Of a DNA stretch of 22,544 nucleotides, positions 16,013-22,544 are shown piece by piece (position 1 is the first letter of the stretch; the number at the start of each line of letters is the position of its first letter). A model generated the notes under the pieces. The model did not search any database and was not told the origin of the DNA. It saw only the letters and a program-made list of their open reading frames with translations. Source of the stretch: Candidatus Heimdallarchaeota archaeon (lineage in GTDB: Archaea; Asgardarchaeota; Heimdallarchaeia; Heimdallarchaeales; Kariarchaeaceae); contig WAKA01000134.1 of assembly GCA_015523565.1 (NCBI GenBank), positions 1 to 22,544 on the forward strand, written 5' to 3'. A program made the position numbers and the translations under genes.

Positions 16013-17098
16013 TTATTTTTTGTAAATTGGTCCGTCCAATACCTCCGCTTCGATCAATCTGCCTCTAATGTCTACAAAAAATTTTGATCCTGGCTCTTTG
16101 TGACTGATCGGGACGTAAGCCATTCCAAAGCAGTCTTTTGTTAAGGGGGACATTGTCCCGCTTGTCACCACTCCCTTTTCCTCTCCATCTATTATGACCT
16201 TATATCCATGTCTTGGGACACCTCTTTTCAGTAGTTTGAACATGACTCTAAATCTCTCTATTTTCCCCTCTTTTTCAAGAACTGCCTGTTTTCCAATATA
16301 TCCTGGCTCTTTATCCTTAACCATGAATGGCTTAAATGCAAGACCCGATTCCAGCACATGTGTTGTCTCGTCAATGTCATTTCCATATAATGGATAACCT
16401 ACCTCCATTCTCAAGGTGTCTCTCGCTCCCAATCCACAGGGTTTTGCTCCAAGTTCAACAAACTTCTCCCAAAGTTCGGTGGCTCTTTTTGTTAGGTCGT
16501 CAACATCTTCTGCAAAAATTGTTATCTCTCCTCCATCTTCTCCTGTATATCCTGTGCCTGAAAAGAGAACCTTTATCCCATTAAGTGTGATATAGCCCGT
16601 TCTAAATCTTTTTGGGAGTTCGTCATTCGTGATTTTTGCCAATGTCTCCCTTGCGTTGGGTCCTTGTGCCGCAATCATGACGCTATTGGATTTGTCTGTC
16701 AATGTGACATCCCTGTTTTCCGCATGCTGTTTCATCCAATTCCATATCTTCTCCCTGTTTCCTGCATTGCATACTACAAGGAAATTATCTTGGTCAAATT
16801 TTGTGATGATCAAGTCATCCTTGAATCCTGCTTGTTCATTAAGCATGAATGTATATGCCGCTTGACTTTCTTTGACTGCCTTAATGTCCCTTGGCACAAG
16901 ATAGTCCAGAAAGGCTTGGGCGTCTGACCCACTTACAAAATATCTTCCCATATGGGAGACATCGAATATTCCCCAATTGTTCCGAACTGCCAAATGTTCC
17001 TCATTTATTGATGTATACCTGACTGGCATTTCCCATCCATTGAAATCAATTAATTCCCCATGTTTTTTATGCCAATCATAAAGAATGGTTCTTTTCAT
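16013..17098 (-). CDS. gcvT: Glycine cleavage system aminomethyltransferase T
   Basis: FNGWEMPVRY, EHLAVR, FDVSHMG, QGP, TGYTGEDGGE, GLGARDTLRMEVG..LYGND, VTSGTMSP. Confidence 0.96.
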   Translation of the reverse strand: MKRTILYDWHKKHGELIDFNGWEMPVRYTSINEEHLAVRNNWGIFDVSHMGRYFVSGSDAQAFLDYLVPRDIKAVKESQAAYTFMLNEQAGFKDDLIITKFDQDNFLVVCNAGNREKIWNWMKQHAENRDVTLTDKSNSVMIAAQGPNARETLAKITNDELPKRFRTGYITLNGIKVLFSGTGYTGEDGGEITIFAEDVDDLTKRATELWEKFVELGAKPCGLGARDTLRMEVGYPLYGNDIDETTHVLESGLAFKPFMVKDKEPGYIGKQAVLEKEGKIERFRVMFKLLKRGVPRHGYKVIIDGEEKGVVTSGTMSPLTKDCFGMAYVPISHKEPGSKFFVDIRGRLIEAEVLDGPIYKK

Positions 17099-17204
17099 GA
17101 TTACGGTTATTTGACTCTCCTTTTCAATTATTGTATCTTACCTCGTTTCGAGGGGAAATCGTTCATCTGAATGTTTTTTAACTCTATCTGCATTAGTTCT
17201 ATTT

Positions 17205-19130
17205 GTGGATTTGCCCCCCATCAATCCCATAGAGTTGAAAATAAAGGATAAGACGGTTTTTCTTTTTCCTTCTGTGCATAATTCGTTACCTTTTTGCGTT
17301 TCGTTACTTCAATTATTTGAAACTTCCACATTTGACAAGGTGTTATTGGAATTTCCAAGGGAACTTACGGGGACATACGGCTTTACCGTTAGAAGACTGC
17401 CTATTCCATCACTGATTCATAAGGAACAATCTGAAAACATTTCACTTCCTTCCCCTTCTCCTGTTTTTCCTGTTCATATGGGTGATGCCATTCATTTTGC
17501 CGCTTTTCTGGCAAGCAGGAAATCAATAGATGTTGAATTGATTGATCGGCTTGTCGATGTGTCCCCCGCTCTTTCTCTTTCATTTGACCCCTCTATGATT
17601 TCCTTCTTGAACTGGGGGACTTTTTTTTCAGAGTTTAAGATTTCGAGGCACTTGAAATCCGTACATTTTCTTAGGTCTATTGCCATGTCGGAATCCATAG
17701 CTTCCGCACTTTCTTCTGATACATCTTCTGTATTGGTAATAACTGGTCTTATGCATGTTCCTGTAATTGTTTGGTACCTTTCAACTTTTTATGGCGCTTC
17801 TGGTTTTGATATTCCTTACAGTTCTGAAATCTCAAATTATTATACGCAAGCTACTTCCCTTCCGAAAGTGGATGCTACTGATTTTATTGTTTCAGATATT
17901 CATCCCCACACATATTATCTTGTTTCCGGTGATTTTCCATTCCTTATTGGCAGGGTGGTTGAGTTGATGGATTATGATGTCTCTCCTGATCTTTTTAACC
18001 TTTTGCAGGATGCTTTTCTCATTGCAGGATCAATTTACAGTGAAAAGTTTGAAGATACGATTTCCCCTGCCACCTTAAAAAAAATAATGCAATATCTCCG
18101 AAATCTCACTTGGCTTGAAAATGCCGTTTTTCCATCTCTCTCCTCCGCAATTTTTGCGGCAAAGGGAATGGTTGATGATGATTATGCTTTTGAATTGTTC
18201 CGAATACTTATTTCATATCCCTTTTTCCCAAATGAGAATGAACGCCTTCCCTCTCAAGTGAAAATAATTCCAAATGAGGAAATCTCACAAACAATAAAAA
18301 TGACTTTTAAGAGAAGAATGAAAAGACCTGTTTTGAAACGTATCAAGAATTTTGAGGAGTTTATTAAGAGTCGTGAATTCGATGATTTGGATCCAATTCC
18401 TGAAGAGCTTTATCCTGGTCATTGGAAAGAGATTTGGGATCAATATTCCCCATTTTCAACAGTTTCATACCCTCCTGAAGATAAATATATCGAGAACTAT
18501 TTCCAGCATCTGCGAAAGAAAGGCCAAGAAATTCTCCAAGAGGAAAAATCCCGTATTGAAGAATTCAGGGTTAGTATGGAGGATGGGATTGCTTGGCGTG
18601 AGACCATTCGGAATCTTCATGAAAACAAAATTTTCGTTAAGCATGTTCCAAAGACAAAAGAAGAGATCGGTGCCTTGATAGTACAATTTGTGGAAAATCC
18701 AGATCCTATTGAATTTGATTACCACAGTGTTCTTTATGCAGAGCATGATCAGGAAAGCGACATTTCAATTGTTTCAACCTCTCCTGGTGACATCATTGTG
18801 GGACCTGGAATTACCCGAATAAAAATCGCCGCTGTTATTTCTGTTTTTCCACCTGAAGGATATGGTGTCCCCGTTCCAAAAAGTCAAGACGACTTGAAAA
18901 TTCGTCTGCTTTATACTGCGATGCGTATGGCTCGTTCAAAAAACATTTTATTGTTTTCTCCAAAACCCCCCTCTGCAATTCATAGGCATTTTATTGAAAG
19001 TGAAGGCTTTCGACTGCTTTATCATCCCATGTCGACACTTCCCAAGTCTTCCATGCATCGTTTGAGGATTATGCACCTTCTTGCCCATCCTGATTTGCGT
19101 GACATTGCTAGAGAATATATTGGCTATTAA
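17205..19130 (+). CDS. Conserved uncharacterised protein (N-terminal TraB/ChaN-like region; C-terminal PPED / AEHDQES / VGPGI motifs)
   Basis: 641-aa ORF with P.VH, VLLEFP, D-rich strand and GLMH in the N-terminal half; SYPPED..IE, DGIAWRETIRN, AEHDQES, VGPGI and LR..H.L in the C-terminal half. Confidence 0.75.
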   Translation: MDLPPINPIELKIKDKTVFLFPSVHNSLPFCVSLLQLFETSTFDKVLLEFPRELTGTYGFTVRRLPIPSLIHKEQSENISLPSPSPVFPVHMGDAIHFAAFLASRKSIDVELIDRLVDVSPALSLSFDPSMISFLNWGTFFSEFKISRHLKSVHFLRSIAMSESIASALSSDTSSVLVITGLMHVPVIVWYLSTFYGASGFDIPYSSEISNYYTQATSLPKVDATDFIVSDIHPHTYYLVSGDFPFLIGRVVELMDYDVSPDLFNLLQDAFLIAGSIYSEKFEDTISPATLKKIMQYLRNLTWLENAVFPSLSSAIFAAKGMVDDDYAFELFRILISYPFFPNENERLPSQVKIIPNEEISQTIKMTFKRRMKRPVLKRIKNFEEFIKSREFDDLDPIPEELYPGHWKEIWDQYSPFSTVSYPPEDKYIENYFQHLRKKGQEILQEEKSRIEEFRVSMEDGIAWRETIRNLHENKIFVKHVPKTKEEIGALIVQFVENPDPIEFDYHSVLYAEHDQESDISIVSTSPGDIIVGPGITRIKIAAVISVFPPEGYGVPVPKSQDDLKIRLLYTAMRMARSKNILLFSPKPPSAIHRHFIESEGFRLLYHPMSTLPKSSMHRLRIMHLLAHPDLRDIAREYIGY

Positions 19131-19466
19131 GAGAAGAATTTTGGAAAAGATAACAATAGACTGGTGAGAACAAACCATACTGAAATTTTGACTGGATCCC
19201 AAATATCCTATCAAATTGACGGCGATCAAAACCAAACAGTATATCCCAATTACATCTATGCCCTCTAATAGGCTGAGGACTAATAGTACGAAGCTCACAC
19301 GTAGTACTATCTCATGTAGTGTGTATTTCTTGAATTCAGGTTGCAATGGTGCCATTCCCACCAGATGGTCTCCAGTCAAAATCACAATTTCAAATATTGT
19401 CGTGGCAATTAGCCATGATAGCTTCTGTTGCATCTGCCAAGATTGCTAATTTTGTTTCCAGCTCAT
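19127..19466 (-). pseudogene. Probably disrupted membrane-protein gene downstream of padR
   Basis: ATG 19466 overlaps the padR stop (ATGA); in-frame TAG at codon 7 (19448-19446); the same frame continues as the hydrophobic 161-aa ORF; a TM-like tail in another frame ends at TAA 19129-19127. Confidence 0.35.
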
Positions 19467-19831
19467 TCATTTTCTATTCCCCCATGAAAATTATTTGTAA
19501 AGGTTGCAACGATCTCCTCCAAATTTTTTTGCATAAGTTCCATTGCTTTCCATCCTTCCTCTGTTGGATGGATGACTTTTCTAACCCTATTACTTTCAAT
19601 TTCATTGACAATCTTGACCATGCCTTTCTCCTGCAGGCGTGTAATTGTCGAATAAATGGTCGGCAAAGGGGGTGCGTTCTTCCATTTCTTCTCCAATTGC
19701 TTGTGTATTGAATATGCATGTGGTTTTTCAGTAGAGATGGCTGCCAAATGAAGGATTGCCAAATCTAGGAGTCCGCCCCTAATTCTTCCATTCCATTGCT
19801 CAACATACCGTTCCCAACCATTGTTTCCCAC
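19463..19831 (-). CDS. PadR-family transcriptional regulator
   Basis: RGGLLDLAILHL, HAYSIHKQL, TIYSTITRLQEKGMV, RVRKV...TEEG, C-terminal helix. Confidence 0.88.
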   Translation of the reverse strand: MGNNGWERYVEQWNGRIRGGLLDLAILHLAAISTEKPHAYSIHKQLEKKWKNAPPLPTIYSTITRLQEKGMVKIVNEIESNRVRKVIHPTEEGWKAMELMQKNLEEIVATFTNNFHGGIENE

Positions 19832-19858
19832 AATGCTATTGTATGTTTCATATATTAA

Positions 19859-19881
19859 AATATTATGGATGTCATAATATT
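19859..19881. promoter_or_regulatory. Inverted repeat AATATTATG-gatgt-CATAATATT, candidate PadR operator
   Basis: Perfect 9-bp arms in the divergent padR/hflX intergenic region, about 30-50 nt upstream of padR. Confidence 0.45.
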
Positions 19882-19945
19882 GTTATAATCATATTATTGG
19901 GTGGTTTCTAAATAGCTATATAGGTGACAAAATAACTAAAATTGA

Positions 19946-21184
19946 TTGAAAAAAGCAGTGCTGATCTCACATTTGCCGAAAAACGGTCCTCCTATCGATA
20001 AGGAGATTCATGATCTTGCTGAGGCGGCTGGGTATGAGATCCTTTATGAATTAAAGTATCGGGGCTCAAAAATCGATCGAATGAATTTTCTACCGCAATC
20101 ATGGTTGGAAGATTTGGAGTATGAAATCCAAGACTTGGATCACGAGGTAATGATTGTAAATCAAAGCTTAAGTCCATTACAAGTTTCAAGTTTGGAAACA
20201 CATTATGAAACAAGGGTCATTGACAAGATTATGTTGGTATTGGAGATTTTTGCCCAAAAGGCAAGTACAAATGAGGTAAAACTTCAGATTGAACTGGCGA
20301 ATCTTCTTTATACATATCCCCGTGCCCAATCGTCATTGCAACGAAACCTGATGAGTGAAAGACAGGCAAGAATGATGGGACGTGGTGAACAATTGAAAGA
20401 CATCGTAGAAGCCAATGTACGGCACAGGGTCGCCCAGCTTAAAAAGAAATTAGCGGAACATGAACGACGTACCCAATCGAGAAATGCTTCTGAGGCTCTT
20501 AAAATCCCAATTGTCGGTTTTTATTCGGCAGGGAAATCAACCCTTTTCAATTCCTTGACTGGTTCTGACATTCAAGAGGTTGATTCGATGGCATTTACCA
20601 CAATGTTTGCCAAAACTTCACGAACAAACATTTTTGGTTATCCCGTTGATCTTTTGGACACAGTAGGTCTTGTGGATCTGCCGAAAAATGTGCTGAATGC
20701 ATTCAACCAAATGTTGAAGCCAATACTGAATGCCCCTGTTGTAGTTATTGTCTTGGATTCAACGTTGAAGATTGCAGAACTGGCAAATCAACTGAAATAT
20801 ATTAAACGGGTATTTGTTGATAATGCACCCGATGCTGAAAGAAAGTATATTGTAGTTTTTTCAAAGACGGATCTTGTTGATTGGTCATTACTTAAAGGAA
20901 AAAGTGTTCTTGTTGAAGAGGAGGAGTGGCTTGTAGGTGCGCCTATTCTTTTTACTCAAAAAGATGATCCTGAAAAAATAAGAAGGGAATTTGTGGAGGT
21001 TGTTGAAAGGCTGATTGAAAGCGACTTGGTATATTTTGAATTTGATGATGTTTCTCCCAAACACCTTTCAAAATTCTATGAATGGGCACGGGTTGGTGAT
21101 GTTGTTTGGAACAACCATGGAACATGTAACATCAAGGGAGTTACAACACATAATTGGTTCGTCAAGTTAAATTCATTGGAATGA
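19946..21184 (+). CDS. hflX: Ribosome-associated GTPase HflX (divergent)
   Basis: LAEAAGYE, LSPLQ..LE, VIDK..LVLEIFAQKASTNEVKLQIELA.L.Y..PR, GRGE, G1 GFYSAGKST, G3 DTVG, G4 SKTD. Confidence 0.9.
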   Translation: MKKAVLISHLPKNGPPIDKEIHDLAEAAGYEILYELKYRGSKIDRMNFLPQSWLEDLEYEIQDLDHEVMIVNQSLSPLQVSSLETHYETRVIDKIMLVLEIFAQKASTNEVKLQIELANLLYTYPRAQSSLQRNLMSERQARMMGRGEQLKDIVEANVRHRVAQLKKKLAEHERRTQSRNASEALKIPIVGFYSAGKSTLFNSLTGSDIQEVDSMAFTTMFAKTSRTNIFGYPVDLLDTVGLVDLPKNVLNAFNQMLKPILNAPVVVIVLDSTLKIAELANQLKYIKRVFVDNAPDAERKYIVVFSKTDLVDWSLLKGKSVLVEEEEWLVGAPILFTQKDDPEKIRREFVEVVERLIESDLVYFEFDDVSPKHLSKFYEWARVGDVVWNNHGTCNIKGVTTHNWFVKLNSLE

Positions 21185-21497
21185 CACAGGAAGCAGTTCG
21201 TGTATGAACTCGGAATTATAACCAATGATCCCGAATTTGATCTGGTTATTGACCATTGTTTGTAATGATCATTTCAAATGTTTGTCAGTTTCATATCTGG
21301 TCAAATTAAGAATTACCGAAATTTCATTCAACTTTTTGGTTTACAAGAAAATCCACCACAATAGAAATTACTTAGCATAGGATGTGTAATAAATTCCATA
21401 TACTCCTCAAAAAATATTTGAAACTGATATTACTTGTATTCTTATGTCTTATTTTCGCATTAACTGTTATAGATTCTATATAGTTAAAAAAATTAAC

Positions 21498-22544
21498 GTG
21501 GAAAAAGAGATTAAGAATCAGAGATACCAAAAATTGGCAAAAAAAATACCGATGTTTACTCCTCTTCTAGCAATATCTTCTCTAAATTCTTCCGATATCT
21601 TCCAAAATGGAATTGAAATTCCTCTCTTTTTAAGCGGATTTGTAGGTTTAATAAATCTTCCCGTCTCCCAAGATAACTATATTCTTTCTGTTTATCTGTC
21701 AGTTGAAAATAATGGGGCAAGGGTGGTATCTCAAACAGTTTTTGATAAAATTACAGAAACTTTGACTTATAATTTTACCCAAATTTGGAGGAATATCCTT
21801 CAGGAACCAGTAAAGTTGGTCAAGAACAATCGAAGTCGAACTTACCTTAATATAGAAATCAGCTTCCCAATTTGGGATGTAAAAAGTCATGAAACACATT
21901 ATTGGATTGAACCTCTTTCATTAACAAAAGATCCCATTAAGATTTACAATTCAACGTCTTTTGACACTACTATCGTTGAAATCAAAAGAAGTTGTTTAGT
22001 TTCCCTAAAAAAAAGAATTCGAACTATTTTGAAAGAACATCTTTTTCTTATTGATTGCTTCAGATTTTTAACTTCTTCTGTTGATTACTCATTGTTTGAG
22101 GACGATCATTGGCTATCAATTCATGAATTTTTAAAATATGTGGAAAAATTAACTGCAGATTTTCTTCACAATAAGATCCGTCAAATTGATGTTTCTTATG
22201 CAATAAATAATTTGAATCGACTTTACTATGACTATTATATTTATGAGAAAGAGATAAGGGCTACATTTGAGTTTTACAGGGCTATTCTAGCGGGTTCTTC
22301 TCAAGATTTTACGGACAAATCGCTTTCAAAGTATTTTGAAGTGAATGAATTCGATGGAAATCTTTTCCAACAGATAATTGACAAATACCCTGAAGTCGGC
22401 GAGTTGATCAAAGCGGGGGAAACTTTGCTACATCACCCTGGACTCTCAAATCTAAGTGATTATACTCCGCTACTTGTTTCATTAATAAAGGCAATCGAGG
22501 TTTTATTAGCTCATATTACATTTGAAAAATTTAAAGATAAAGAA
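21498..22544 (+). CDS. Hypothetical protein, truncated by the window end (at least 349 aa), with a HEPN-like motif near the break
   Basis: Manual translation is stop-free from 21393 to the window end; possible starts are ATG 21444, GTG 21498 and ATG 21552. Ends ...ELIKAGETLLHHPGLSNLSDYTPLLVSLIKAIEVLLAHITFEKFKDKE. Missing from the track because it has no stop. Confidence 0.75.
   Translation, partial: MEKEIKNQRYQKLAKKIPMFTPLLAISSLNSSDIFQNGIEIPLFLSGFVGLINLPVSQDNYILSVYLSVENNGARVVSQTVFDKITETLTYNFTQIWRNILQEPVKLVKNNRSRTYLNIEISFPIWDVKSHETHYWIEPLSLTKDPIKIYNSTSFDTTIVEIKRSCLVSLKKRIRTILKEHLFLIDCFRFLTSSVDYSLFEDDHWLSIHEFLKYVEKLTADFLHNKIRQIDVSYAINNLNRLYYDYYIYEKEIRATFEFYRAILAGSSQDFTDKSLSKYFEVNEFDGNLFQQIIDKYPEVGELIKAGETLLHHPGLSNLSDYTPLLVSLIKAIEVLLAHITFEKFKDKE

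Noticed and set aside
17141-17153. Small hairpin CCTCG-ttt-CGAGG in the gcvT divergent spacer (glycine riboswitch idea)
   Set aside because: Only a 5-bp stem in a ~105-bp spacer, with no glycine-aptamer consensus.
19114-19470. Minus-strand frame starting MNELETKLAILADATEAIMANCHDNI, interrupted only by three TGA codons (selenoprotein idea)
   Set aside because: No redox-type Sec context, no recognisable SECIS, and the downstream translation is not protein-like; chance is sufficient.
21182-21265. hflX frame stays open for 26 codons after its TGA (possible readthrough)
   Set aside because: The length is within chance expectation and HflX is already full-length.

Overview
Archaeal chromosomal window. 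Archaeal ribosomal proteins eL32/eL19, AGGTGA Shine-Dalgarno motifs and NosD-type surface proteins suggest an Asgard/Heimdallarchaeia-like host, but the taxon is an inference. From left to right: two tandem paralogous beta-helix surface glycoprotein genes; a six-gene fragment of the spc ribosomal cluster (rpl32e-rpl19e-rpl18-rps5-rpl30-rpl15) with no rpl6 upstream and no secY downstream, preceded by a strongly base-paired ~110-nt putative leader RNA; a TrmB-like HTH and a DUF547 protein; a divergent pair of unknown exported proteins; a YpdA/Bdr-like flavin disulfide reductase; a repeat- and palindrome-rich convergent spacer; a PAC4-like protein coupled to a tiny CxxC winged-helix protein; a stand-alone Lrp/AsnC ligand-binding domain; bacterial-type pgl and zwf; gcvT; a 641-aa uncharacterised conserved protein; PadR with an apparently decayed membrane-protein partner; a divergent HflX; and a truncated ORF absent from the supplied track with a HEPN-like motif. 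No CRISPR array, tRNA, rRNA or transposase was recognised. Family calls come from motif recognition by eye, not from database searches.
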